Part shown: positions 10,527 through 19,704 of the stretch, piece by piece
Layout of the letters: the number at the start of each line of letters is the position of its first letter
Position numbering within the stretch: position 1 is the stretch's first letter
From: Pseudomonadales bacterium
GTDB lineage: Bacteria; Pseudomonadota; Gammaproteobacteria; Pseudomonadales; GM7GCV1
Length of the DNA: 64,000 nucleotides
Assembly: GCA_965222065.1 (NCBI GenBank)
Contig: OZ244933.1
Coordinates: 1,586,924-1,650,923, forward strand
Direction of reading: 5' to 3'
Program-made: the position numbers and the translations under genes
The notes under the pieces: model-generated
What the model saw: only the letters and a program-made list of their open reading frames with translations
Database searches by the model: none
What the model was told of the DNA's origin: nothing

Positions 10527-11288
10527 ATGAGTCAATTTCTCTGGAATTTTCTGGTCTACTGGCTGGCGGCCTACGCTGTCCTGGCCGGCATTTACCTGGT
10601 CGCGGGGAAATTTGTCAGCTGGTTTAACCAGTCACTGCTGCAAAAAAAACGGATTCAGGATAAGGACTGTCCACCCGAACTTATCCGGCGAGACATAAAA
10701 CAAAGCCTGTTATCCCTCCTGAATATTTCGGCCATGCTGTCCATCGGCCTGAGCCTGAGGTCAGCGGGGCTGGGTGTCCCCCCCATGGAACTTACCTGGG
10801 TGACGGGTATTGTCTGGGCTATTATCTCCCTGTTGTTATTTGATACCTGGTTTTACTGGGCACATCGGGCTATCCATCATCCGAGGCTATACAAAAAAAT
10901 TCATCGCTGGCATCACAAGGCCATCACACCTACCGTCTGGTCCAACAACAGTGACACGCTGGTTGATAACCTGTTCTGTCAGTCGTACTGGCTGGTGGCG
11001 CCGATACTGCTTCCTGCGCCGACCCTGATTATTTGTCTGCACAAGGTATACGACCAGATCACCGGCATGCTGGGACACGCGGGTTATGAGTACGCTGGTG
11101 GCAGGATGTCCGCCAGACCGTCACCTCTTATCGGGACCACATTCCACGATCAACATCACTCGGCTTTTCATTACAATTTTGCCACCCACTTTTCTTTGTG
11201 GGATCGATTGATGGGCACACTGCATCCCGAATACGATCGGCTGATTACCAAGTACCCCAGAACCAAAAGAGAAGAGAAAAGTGAGTAG
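10527..11288 (+). CDS. fatty acid hydroxylase / sterol desaturase family membrane protein
   Basis: Three histidine boxes (HRAIHH, HRWHH, HDQHH) in a polytopic membrane protein. Start chosen at MSQFLWNF. Confidence 0.8.
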   Translation: MSQFLWNFLVYWLAAYAVLAGIYLVAGKFVSWFNQSLLQKKRIQDKDCPPELIRRDIKQSLLSLLNISAMLSIGLSLRSAGLGVPPMELTWVTGIVWAIISLLLFDTWFYWAHRAIHHPRLYKKIHRWHHKAITPTVWSNNSDTLVDNLFCQSYWLVAPILLPAPTLIICLHKVYDQITGMLGHAGYEYAGGRMSARPSPLIGTTFHDQHHSAFHYNFATHFSLWDRLMGTLHPEYDRLITKYPRTKREEKSE

Positions 11289-12081
11289 TTACTTCCAGGG
11301 TAAAACCGTTTTGATCTCGGGCGCCTCCAGCGGTATCGGCGCTGCTCTTACCAGAAACCTGGCCGCAAAGGGCGCGAACCTGATCCTGATTGCCCGACAA
11401 ATTGAACCCCTGGAAGCCCTGGCCGATGAACTAAAACTGCTCACCCCACCCCGGGTCATCAGTGTTGATATCAGCGACGAACTGTCCGTCAACCAACTGG
11501 CCAACCAGATCAACCTGAATGCTGTCGATATACTGATTAATAATGCTGGCATCGCTCGTTGTGCGCGTTTTGAAGATTTATATCAAACGGATTTCCGTTC
11601 GATGATCGATATAAATTATCTGGGGCACGTGTGGATGACGCGATTGCTGCTCCCCGTGATGAAAGAAAATGGTGAAGGACAGATCGTCAACATCGCCTCC
11701 ATGGCCGGCGTGCTTGGGTTGGCCGGATACACGGCCTATGGTGCCAGCAAGCATGCGTTGATAGGGTTTACCGATGCCCTGCGCAATGAACTCTCGGGCA
11801 GCAATGTCAGCCTGACACTTGCCTTGCCATCGGATGTTGAGACACCACAGTTTGAGCAGGAAAGCGCCCACAAGCCACAGGCTACCCGGGCGCTTTCTGG
11901 AAAAGTAAAACCACTGCCGGCAGATCGGGCGGCAGCAACCATCCTTGATGCCATTGAGAAACGCAAACGAGAGGTTCTGGTAGCTCCTGCCTCCGGAAAG
12001 CTTATACTCGCACTTTGCCGGCTTTTCCCGGGGACAAGCAAGGCGGTGATGGACAAACTGACCCGACCCCACAATCATTGA
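11281..12081 (+). CDS. short-chain dehydrogenase/reductase (SDR)
   Basis: TGxxxGIG-type motif GASSGIG, NNAG, and the catalytic YxxxK (YGASKHA). GTG start overlaps the upstream hydroxylase gene by 8 nt. Confidence 0.85.
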   Translation: MSSYFQGKTVLISGASSGIGAALTRNLAAKGANLILIARQIEPLEALADELKLLTPPRVISVDISDELSVNQLANQINLNAVDILINNAGIARCARFEDLYQTDFRSMIDINYLGHVWMTRLLLPVMKENGEGQIVNIASMAGVLGLAGYTAYGASKHALIGFTDALRNELSGSNVSLTLALPSDVETPQFEQESAHKPQATRALSGKVKPLPADRAAATILDAIEKRKREVLVAPASGKLILALCRLFPGTSKAVMDKLTRPHNH

Positions 12082-12097
12082 TACGAGGGCTAAAAAA

Positions 12098-12430
12098 ATG
12101 AACTGGAATCATCTTGCAAGAACTCTGGTTTTAACCGCGGCATTGATTATCAGCCCACTTTCCTTTGCCGAATCTGTATGGATTGATGTACGTAGCCAGG
12201 CAGAATACGACGAAGACCACATTGAGGGAGACGTCTTTATCCCGCACGAAGAAATTGTTGGCCGGGTCAGTGAAATGTTTCCGGATAAAACCACGGAAAT
12301 TCATTTGTATTGTCGCAGTGGTGGTCGGGCAGGGCGAGCATTGAATGCCCTGGAAGATGCGGGTTACACCAATGTCTCCAACGCTGGCGGCATTGAGGAT
12401 GCACGCGAAGCAAGGGCACTGGACGACTGA
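12098..12430 (+). CDS. periplasmic rhodanese-domain sulfurtransferase (PspE-like)
   Basis: 110 aa with a signal peptide and the rhodanese active-site loop CRSGGRAG. Confidence 0.8.
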   Translation: MNWNHLARTLVLTAALIISPLSFAESVWIDVRSQAEYDEDHIEGDVFIPHEEIVGRVSEMFPDKTTEIHLYCRSGGRAGRALNALEDAGYTNVSNAGGIEDAREARALDD

Positions 12431-12455
12431 AAAACAGATCAGGCCACTAGCATTA

Positions 12456-13313
12456 TCACGCCATTAAAAGCGACTGGCCAAGCACAATCCGTTGTTCCGG
12501 TTGCAGCCGCTTGCGGTTTTCCAGTGCTCTGGCCGGTTCTACACAGAGCATCTGGAGATAGCCAGAATCGTCAAAATCGGCCATCTCATTGGCACTTTCT
12601 TTCCAGGGGTTCCAGACCACCAGATCGGTATTGCCCCAGCTTTCAATGGTAAATGTCCGGCCAATGCCAGGGTCGATCAGATGCACTCGCTCAGGTGGGT
12701 CAGAAAATACACGGTCGGTTTCTTCATGGATCGAAAGCGGCTTATCCTGCACAAACATTTGAAAGTCCTGCAACTTATCCCGATAACCCAGCCCGTCAAG
12801 CTCGGGAATCTGTACCCGGGTCACATCAGCAACCCCAAAGTAGGTATGCAGGGCGCCACCAACCTCCACGGCACGGTCACTGATGTTCGTGGTAATCAGC
12901 TCAATTTTTAATGCTTCCGAAAGGCTCACTTCGACTTCCAGCGCCAGCAGGTTTCGCCACTCTGGATAGGGTGCATCGGAGAGCATTCTAAGCCGCGCTC
13001 TGGCAAACAGCCCGGTTTCTTCAAAATCAATCAGTTCAAAATTTGCCGTGCGGGCAAAGCCATGCTGGGCGCGATCGCCTTCACCCCAATAAGCCCCGAA
13101 CCATGGCCAGCAAATTGGAATACCACCGCGAATCGCCCTGTTCGGGGCGTAACTGGCCGACTCGCTTACCCAAAGTACCTCGGTTTGACCGTCGGGCTTC
13201 CAGGAGGTGATATGCGAACCCTGCAAATACAAAAAAGCGCTGGCACGCCCAAATGTTAATGCAATCCCCGGCTGTGAATTTTTACCCTTAACCTGTCTGA
13301 CCACTGCTTTCAT
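12456..13313 (-). CDS. D-hexose-6-phosphate mutarotase (aldose 1-epimerase family, YeaD-like)
   Basis: Aldose-epimerase-like sequence (GGIPICWPWFG, HGFAR, VVWNPW). The ATG at 13313 is preferred over the TTG at 13322. Confidence 0.8.
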   Translation of the reverse strand: MKAVVRQVKGKNSQPGIALTFGRASAFLYLQGSHITSWKPDGQTEVLWVSESASYAPNRAIRGGIPICWPWFGAYWGEGDRAQHGFARTANFELIDFEETGLFARARLRMLSDAPYPEWRNLLALEVEVSLSEALKIELITTNISDRAVEVGGALHTYFGVADVTRVQIPELDGLGYRDKLQDFQMFVQDKPLSIHEETDRVFSDPPERVHLIDPGIGRTFTIESWGNTDLVVWNPWKESANEMADFDDSGYLQMLCVEPARALENRKRLQPEQRIVLGQSLLMA

Positions 13314-13322
13314 AGCAATCAA

Positions 13323-13781
13323 TCAGGCCTGATGGGCATCATCCATATCATCACGCGCCAGAATCTTTGCGCGGATAAACTGACTGTGTCCCAGATGCAG
13401 TAAATCCGCCAGTTTTCGGATCATGTGCTCTTCGTATCGGTCTACCTGCGCATCGGCGTATGCCACCATCCAAAGCTGTTTGAGCAGTTCAAATTTCTGG
13501 TCGTTGTCGTAATGATCATTGACGACCGAGGTAAATTGATACAGGTCGTTTGCCGACTGCTGTTTGTTGGTCGCCTCTTCCAATATTTCCCTGGCTTCCT
13601 CTTCAGACAAATGGAGATTGTTAATCAGCAGACCGTGGATTTTTTCAACCTCCATATCATCCCAATCATGATCGGCAACCATGACCTCGACCATCAATGC
13701 CGCCGCGGCGTGCTGGATATCGTGGGTTTCAATTTCTTCCGGCTCGTCCAGTCCGAACCATTCCATCAACTTGGCTTTCAT
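13323..13781 (-). CDS. TerB-family (tellurite-resistance-like) protein
   Basis: 152 aa acidic helical protein. HAAAALMVEVMVADHDWDDME and WMVAYADAQVDRYEEHMIRKLADLL are typical of COG4103/TerB-like proteins. Confidence 0.65.
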   Translation of the reverse strand: MKAKLMEWFGLDEPEEIETHDIQHAAAALMVEVMVADHDWDDMEVEKIHGLLINNLHLSEEEAREILEEATNKQQSANDLYQFTSVVNDHYDNDQKFELLKQLWMVAYADAQVDRYEEHMIRKLADLLHLGHSQFIRAKILARDDMDDAHQA

Positions 13782-13837
13782 GGGTAACGTCCCGTTCTTG
13801 TTCGCATATAAGCGGACGGCGTAGTCAAGCCAGTCTT

Positions 13838-14452
13838 TTACTGGCCAAAACGGTTGCCGCCGCTGGAGAGGTATTCTGCTTCATCTGCCGCGTTCTCTCG
13901 CCCAAGGGCCTGATTTCTATGGGGGAAACGGCCAAAACGCTCAATGATTTGGCAGTGCTGATCGGCAAAATCAGCGTAGCCCTTCATCATTTGTTTCCAG
14001 TCATCCGGAGCGATCTCCACTTGCTCCCGGTACAGTGCCACGCCTTCACGCTGGAGTTCCAGATTTTCTACATGTTGGTAAGGCATCAAGACAAAGGCTC
14101 GCTCTGGATAGTCGAGTTTCGACAAAAACTTCTGCTGCACCATGGAACGCGTAATCGATAAGGCTTTGTCATCAGAAGCAAATGCCGATGCCTGTCCCCG
14201 ATACAGATTTCGCGGAAACTGGTCTAGCAAAATGATTAGGGCTAATCCGTTTTCCGGATCTTTTACCCAGGCATCAAAGGTTCCAGAGCGTGCGGTACTA
14301 ACCAGTTTGCCAAACCGGCGCTCGATATCGTAGTCCATATCCTTGTTACTACCAAACCAGCGTTTATTGCGATCGGCCGCATCTTGTGGGTTTATGGGCC
14401 TTGGGCCAAACCAGTAATCCAGAACATTTTTTGCAACAGGGTTAACCATCAA
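13838..14452 (-). CDS. DUF924 family protein
   Basis: 204 aa, VLDYWFG...WFG...DQFPRN pattern characteristic of DUF924. Confidence 0.7.
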   Translation of the reverse strand: MMVNPVAKNVLDYWFGPRPINPQDAADRNKRWFGSNKDMDYDIERRFGKLVSTARSGTFDAWVKDPENGLALIILLDQFPRNLYRGQASAFASDDKALSITRSMVQQKFLSKLDYPERAFVLMPYQHVENLELQREGVALYREQVEIAPDDWKQMMKGYADFADQHCQIIERFGRFPHRNQALGRENAADEAEYLSSGGNRFGQ

Positions 14453-14462
14453 TAAATACCTG

Positions 14463-16010
14463 TCACCTCACTTCGGCGGCAATGACGGCAACGCGGTAAT
14501 TGGACGTACTATCAATGACACCTGTTCCAGTGGCCGCCTGCTCACCAGGGGCAAGCCGGCTTGTCACGAAAAACGTTCTCGCGCTGCCGGTACGTATGTT
14601 GGTCACCCGAATCTGCACTGAACTGACCTCAAGCCCGGTGTTGTTTCTGACAACGGCAATAATTTCACCGGTCCCCGCTCTTTGCAGTCCACTGGCAAGA
14701 TATCTGTTCGGGTTAGTTGGCAAATCGTAGCGAACCAGTCGCTCCTGGGCCGCCTGCCCTACTTCGCCGCCAGCACTGGCAGCATTCTGATAATACTGCA
14801 CGGCCTGATCGACATCGCCGCGACGTTCGGCCAATTCGCCAAGCAAGTAGGATGCCGTGGCCGTAGGCAGTAATTGCTGGCCTCGCTCCAGATCCGACCG
14901 TGCCTCCGCGTGCTTGCCCATCTGCTTGCGCAACAACCCTCTTGCCAGCCAGTGACGATAGTAGTTTGGATTCTTTTCAATCGCCGTGGTAAAGGCTCGC
15001 TCGGCATTGTCTTCGTCCTCTTTCATACGCCAGGCGTGACCTCTTAACTCCCAAAACTGCCCTTCATCGGGCTGGATATCTATGGCCTTATCCAGCAATG
15101 ACAGGGCTTCATCAGGCTTTTCATCATTGAGCGCAGCGGTCGCCTGAATTTGCGCCTCGTAAGCTTCGGCGTCCTCAATCAGCTGGGAAATCGCTTCCCG
15201 ATACCTGTCCCGGCCAATGATACCGCCCTGGGGTAATTGCTGAGCGAATGCCCGGTTGGCATCCACCCGATCTTGCGAAGGGGGGTGACTGGCAAACAGG
15301 CCATCAAAAAATCCCGGATTGCGTCCTTCCGACATGCGCACAAAGGTTTCCTGTAAAGAGACAGCACCCTGGGGGTCGTACCCGGCTTCAGACATAATCA
15401 TCATGCCGTAGTGGTCGGACTCCAGTTCATCGTCACGCCCATAAGTGGCCATCCATGCGGCAGAACCAATCTGCGAGCCATAATTGACCAGATCCCCATA
15501 TTCAGCGCCGGAAGTAGCAATGCCAACCACCGCCAGCCCGGCATTGAGCAACGTACCGCGGCTCATTTGCGCAGCACTGTGGCCAGCCGCAGCATGCACA
15601 ATTTCGTGACCGATCACGGCCGCCAGTTCCGACTCATTATCCAGTTCAGTTAACAGACCACGGTTAATGGCCATCTTGCCACCGGGCATCGCCCAGGCAT
15701 TGGGAACATCATTGTTCAACACAACAATCTCATAAGAGAATCTGGGCGCTTCAGGAAACACCCTTTCAGACGCCGCAACCAGTTTGGCCGTTACTTCCGA
15801 GACGTAGGCATTTAACTCCGGGTCAAGATAGTATTGGCCACCCTGGGATTGCTGGCTGGGCTGGTAATTTTCTTCACCTATCTCGATTTGATCGGATATG
15901 GAAACGAAGGAAATCTCTCGTTCCCCGGTGACCGGGTTGGTGGAGCAGCCTGCAAGCAGGGCCGAAAGCAGTATCGCGCCCCAAATTGGAAAATTAACTA
16001 TCTTGTTCAT
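14463..16010 (-). CDS. M48 family zinc metalloprotease lipoprotein with C-terminal TPR repeats
   Basis: Lipobox LLAGCS after the MNKIVNFPIWGAILL signal. HExxH motif GHEIVHAAAGH, with TPR-like repeats in the C-terminal half. Confidence 0.85.
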   Translation of the reverse strand: MNKIVNFPIWGAILLSALLAGCSTNPVTGEREISFVSISDQIEIGEENYQPSQQSQGGQYYLDPELNAYVSEVTAKLVAASERVFPEAPRFSYEIVVLNNDVPNAWAMPGGKMAINRGLLTELDNESELAAVIGHEIVHAAAGHSAAQMSRGTLLNAGLAVVGIATSGAEYGDLVNYGSQIGSAAWMATYGRDDELESDHYGMMIMSEAGYDPQGAVSLQETFVRMSEGRNPGFFDGLFASHPPSQDRVDANRAFAQQLPQGGIIGRDRYREAISQLIEDAEAYEAQIQATAALNDEKPDEALSLLDKAIDIQPDEGQFWELRGHAWRMKEDEDNAERAFTTAIEKNPNYYRHWLARGLLRKQMGKHAEARSDLERGQQLLPTATASYLLGELAERRGDVDQAVQYYQNAASAGGEVGQAAQERLVRYDLPTNPNRYLASGLQRAGTGEIIAVVRNNTGLEVSSVQIRVTNIRTGSARTFFVTSRLAPGEQAATGTGVIDSTSNYRVAVIAAEVR

Positions 16011-16150
16011 TGATATTCTTGTCTCCTGGACAGAAAACCCTTGTGACGAATCGGTGTAGAATGGCGCCACAATTTTGCACCAGCACTACTCAGGGATAAA
16101 CCACTTCTCCTGATTATTTATAGCCTGTTAACCCAAATAACGTGACAACC

Positions 16151-16924
16151 ATGCTAATTGTTATCTCTCCCGCCAAAACGCTTGATTACGAAAGCACACC
16201 TGGCACAAAAAAGCACAGCAAGCCTGACTTTGTCAGTGATAGTGCCCAACTGATCGAACAGCTACGCAAGCTCAATCCGCCCGATATCGAGCAGTTGATG
16301 GGAATCAGCAAAAAACTGGCGGACCTTAACTTTGGTCGCTACCTGAACTGGAGTGAAAAGCCTACTAAGGAGAACGCCAAACAGGCCATACTGGCGTTTA
16401 AGGGCGATGTGTACACGGGACTTCAGGCGGAAAATCTTTCTGAAGAGGATCTGGATTATGCCCAGGAGCACCTGCGTATTCTTTCCGGATTGTACGGCGT
16501 GTTAAAACCACTGGATTTGGTGCAGCCTTACCGACTGGAAATGGGTACCCGCCTGGAAACCGGTCGTGGCAAGACGCTGTATGATTTTTGGGGCGACAAG
16601 CCAGTCGAGGCGCTTAATGCCCAACTCAAGGCACTGGGCTCGGAAACCCTGGTAAATCTCGCCAGCAACGAGTATTTCAAATCGATCAATCTGGACAAGC
16701 TGGCTGGGGAAGTTGTCACGCCAGTCTTCAAGGATTACAAAAATGGCAAATACAAAGTCATCAGTTTTTTTGCCAAGAAAGCCCGCGGTTTGATGTCGGC
16801 CTGGATTATCCAGAATCGCATAGAAAAGAAGGCCGATCTGAAAAAGTTTAATGTTGACGGCTACAAGTACAATGCGGCCGCCTCTGAAGGCAACGAGCTG
16901 GTCTTTCTTCGTGATGCCAGCTAG
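16151..16924 (+). CDS. yaaA: peroxide stress protein YaaA (UPF0246)
   Basis: [15 protein letters not shown]... N-terminus and the YxxFYAKKARG-like motif [10 protein letters not shown]. Confidence 0.9.
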   Translation: MLIVISPAKTLDYESTPGTKKHSKPDFVSDSAQLIEQLRKLNPPDIEQLMGISKKLADLNFGRYLNWSEKPTKENAKQAILAFKGDVYTGLQAENLSEEDLDYAQEHLRILSGLYGVLKPLDLVQPYRLEMGTRLETGRGKTLYDFWGDKPVEALNAQLKALGSETLVNLASNEYFKSINLDKLAGEVVTPVFKDYKNGKYKVISFFAKKARGLMSAWIIQNRIEKKADLKKFNVDGYKYNAAASEGNELVFLRDAS

Positions 16925-16968
16925 GGCTGCGCGATGCCAGCCAGGGCTGCCCGGATGAGGCACTTGGT

Positions 16969-17724
16969 TTGACACTGGAAATTTGGCAGCTCGCTCTGCT
17001 AACCGGTGTTGGGGTCATTGCCGGCTGGCTTAATGTCATGGCGGGTGGTGGCTCCATGCTTACCATGCCCATCATGCTATTTATGGGGCTGCCCGGCCCG
17101 GTGGCCAACGGGACCAACCGCATAGCGATTCTTGCACAGAACATCAGTGCTACCGCCAACTTCCGTCGCAAGGGGTTTCGGGAGCTAAAGCTGGGGATCA
17201 GTCTGTCGCTGGCTGCAATCCCCGGGGCAGTCGCCGGGGCCATGATTGGTGTCCGGCTGCAAGGTGAATTGTTTGACCAGGTACTGGCCATCATCATGAT
17301 CGGCATGATGATCCTGATGATGACCGACGGCGGGAAAACGACTCCACAGCCCTCTCATCAACCCACGAGAAAGCAGCTGATCCTTGGGCATCTATGCATG
17401 GTTGGTGCCGGTGTTTGGGGCGGCTTTATCCAGATCGGGATCGGATTCATTCTGATGCCCATTCTCAATCGGGTGATGGGCCTGGACCTGGTGCGAGTCA
17501 ATGCGCTCAAGGTCTTTATTATCCTTTGCTACACCGTGGTGGCCCTGGCCGTCTTTGCTTCCCAGGTTGAAATCCTCTGGGTTGCCGGACTTGCCCTGGC
17601 GCTGGGAAACTCAATTGGCGGCTGGCTGGGCGCCCACTCATCGGTGACGAGGGGAGACAAGCTGATCCGCTGGGTACTGAATACCCTTTTACTGATTTTT
17701 ATTATCAAGTTGTTGTTCTTCTAG
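16969..17724 (+). CDS. sulfite exporter TauE/SafE family membrane protein
   Basis: 251 aa polytopic protein with GGGSMLTMP near the N-terminus and a duplicated 4-TM architecture. TTG start. Confidence 0.8.
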   Translation: MTLEIWQLALLTGVGVIAGWLNVMAGGGSMLTMPIMLFMGLPGPVANGTNRIAILAQNISATANFRRKGFRELKLGISLSLAAIPGAVAGAMIGVRLQGELFDQVLAIIMIGMMILMMTDGGKTTPQPSHQPTRKQLILGHLCMVGAGVWGGFIQIGIGFILMPILNRVMGLDLVRVNALKVFIILCYTVVALAVFASQVEILWVAGLALALGNSIGGWLGAHSSVTRGDKLIRWVLNTLLLIFIIKLLFF

Positions 17725-17819
17725 ACGACGGCATTTCCGGATAATCAGGCTTCTGTCTGGACAGCACCAAACGCCCGACATATCCTAAAAACTCAGGGTA
17801 AAAAAACGGAGTTCCGGCC

Positions 17820-18431
17820 ATGTCCCTCTACCGGCCTTCCTCAAGCATTTTTTTTCGAGCCATATTAGTAGTGGCATGTGTTTTCACACTGGCTGGCTGT
17901 CAATCCCCGCCACCGCCTGAAGAAGTCATGAGTGACGCCCATCGCTTTACTGCTGTATCCCGGGTGGCACCTGATTTCAGGCCGGTCTCCCAACAACGCC
18001 TGATCTGGTATGGCGATTTGATTGTTGAAGACCAGCAGTCGACCACCAAAATAACCGCAGAAAATCGCCAGTTCATTAAGCAAACGCTGGAGAACCAGTT
18101 GCGACTGCGCAATTATCGATTCACCCAAAATCCGGAAGAAGCCGATTACGTGGTTGGGGCGGCCCTGTTGCTGGATAACAGCCCGGAAAGCCAGACGATT
18201 GAAAACTTTCTCAGGCTTCACCCCATGGTTGGCTCGGCGGTAGGCAGATATCCGCGGGGAACTCTCATGGTGGCCATTATGGAACCCAGGGAAATCACCC
18301 AGCAATCCGTGCTCTGGCGTGGCGCCATCCAGGCGTTCAATATGGGGGAAACCTTGCCCTCCGAAATTAACCGGGTACGTATTCAGGATTTCGTGCAGAA
18401 GCTGATCGAAGCAGTACCCCTGGCCAGGTAA
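17820..18431 (+). CDS. lipoprotein (DUF4136-like)
   Basis: Signal peptide with lipobox TLAGCQS. The function call is tentative. Confidence 0.55.
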   Translation: MSLYRPSSSIFFRAILVVACVFTLAGCQSPPPPEEVMSDAHRFTAVSRVAPDFRPVSQQRLIWYGDLIVEDQQSTTKITAENRQFIKQTLENQLRLRNYRFTQNPEEADYVVGAALLLDNSPESQTIENFLRLHPMVGSAVGRYPRGTLMVAIMEPREITQQSVLWRGAIQAFNMGETLPSEINRVRIQDFVQKLIEAVPLAR

Positions 18432-18433
18432 GC

Positions 18434-19105
18434 ATGGTGAAAACCGCCCCCAAACATCTCATCACCGAGCCCCGCTGGGGTTTTGAAGTTCTGCTGGTAC
18501 TTTTGGTTGCCAGCCTGATTGTCCCGGCCTATATGGAACCTGGACCGGCAAGAGCGGCAACCTCCAGTCTGTTGCTGTCGTTTACCCTGATTTCGTCACT
18601 GTATCTCGTGGTCTATCAGCTGAGGGAGTTATATATAGGCATTGCCCTGATGATCCCCTGTCTCCTGACATTGTGGTGGCACCCCCCACTGCCCGAACCC
18701 TGGGACTACAACACAGGCTATTTGCTCTATATCTTTTTTATCCTTTATATCACGCTGCATATAGGTCGCTATCTGGTAGAAACCGACGAAATTGATACGG
18801 ATATGGTGCTGGCGGCCATCTGTGTTTACTTGCTAATCGGGCTGTTGTGGGCATTTATTTTTCTGATGATTGAAACCTCATCCCCCGGGTCGTTCGTCAT
18901 TCCGACACACAACAGCGACGGCGCAACCTATAGCCTGTTTGTTTATTTCAGCTACGTGACGCTAACCACCCTGGGTTATGGTGAAATGACTCCGATATCG
19001 GAAGTCGCCCAAAGCTGGTCTGTGTTGGAAAGTATTACAGGGCAACTCTATCTGACAATTGTGATCGCCCGAATGATTGGCCTTATTATCAGCCACAAAA
19101 AATGA
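18434..19105 (+). CDS. potassium channel family protein
   Basis: Selectivity-filter sequence TLTTLGYGE flanked by TM helices. Confidence 0.75.
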   Translation: MVKTAPKHLITEPRWGFEVLLVLLVASLIVPAYMEPGPARAATSSLLLSFTLISSLYLVVYQLRELYIGIALMIPCLLTLWWHPPLPEPWDYNTGYLLYIFFILYITLHIGRYLVETDEIDTDMVLAAICVYLLIGLLWAFIFLMIETSSPGSFVIPTHNSDGATYSLFVYFSYVTLTTLGYGEMTPISEVAQSWSVLESITGQLYLTIVIARMIGLIISHKK

Positions 19106-19170
19106 TTGATTGCGATTAGGGTAGAATTCCGCCAAATAAACATAATCAGAATTTCTAAAGGGGAGCCCTG

Positions 19171-19704
19171 TTGGCGACTTTGATTCGTTACATCGATCGC
19201 TTTACTGAAATTGTCGGGCACATCATGGCCTGGCTTTGTCTGGGAACCATGCTTGCGACCGTATTGGTCGTCCTGATGAGATACCTGTTTCAGGCAGGCA
19301 ACATGATTGCCTTTCAGGAATCCGTGACCTACTTGCATGCCACCGTGTTTATGCTTGCCCTGGGCTGGACCTTCAAGCGTAACGGCCACGTCAGGGTCGA
19401 TGTGTTTTATCGGAACTTCTCACCCCGAACAAAAGCATGGATCAACAGCCTGGGCATCCTGGTGTTTTTGTTGCCGTTCTGTGTATTCCTGTTTCTTGCC
19501 AGTATGGACTTCGTCCAACTGTCCTGGTCAATTGGCGAAACATCCAATGAGTCTGGTGGCCTGCCCATCGTTTATCTATTTAAATCATTGATACCCCTGA
19601 TGTGCGTGCTTCTGGGATTGCAGGCCCTGGCGGAGCTGATGCGTAACGCCTGCTTCCTGTGCTGTCAGGATGAAGCATCCACTGGAAAGTCCGGGAATCC
19701 CTGA
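19171..19704 (+). CDS. TRAP transporter small permease subunit (DctQ family)
   Basis: 177 aa, 4 TM. The stop overlaps the start of the large subunit gene by 1 nt (TGATG). Confidence 0.8.
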   Translation: MATLIRYIDRFTEIVGHIMAWLCLGTMLATVLVVLMRYLFQAGNMIAFQESVTYLHATVFMLALGWTFKRNGHVRVDVFYRNFSPRTKAWINSLGILVFLLPFCVFLFLASMDFVQLSWSIGETSNESGGLPIVYLFKSLIPLMCVLLGLQALAELMRNACFLCCQDEASTGKSGNP

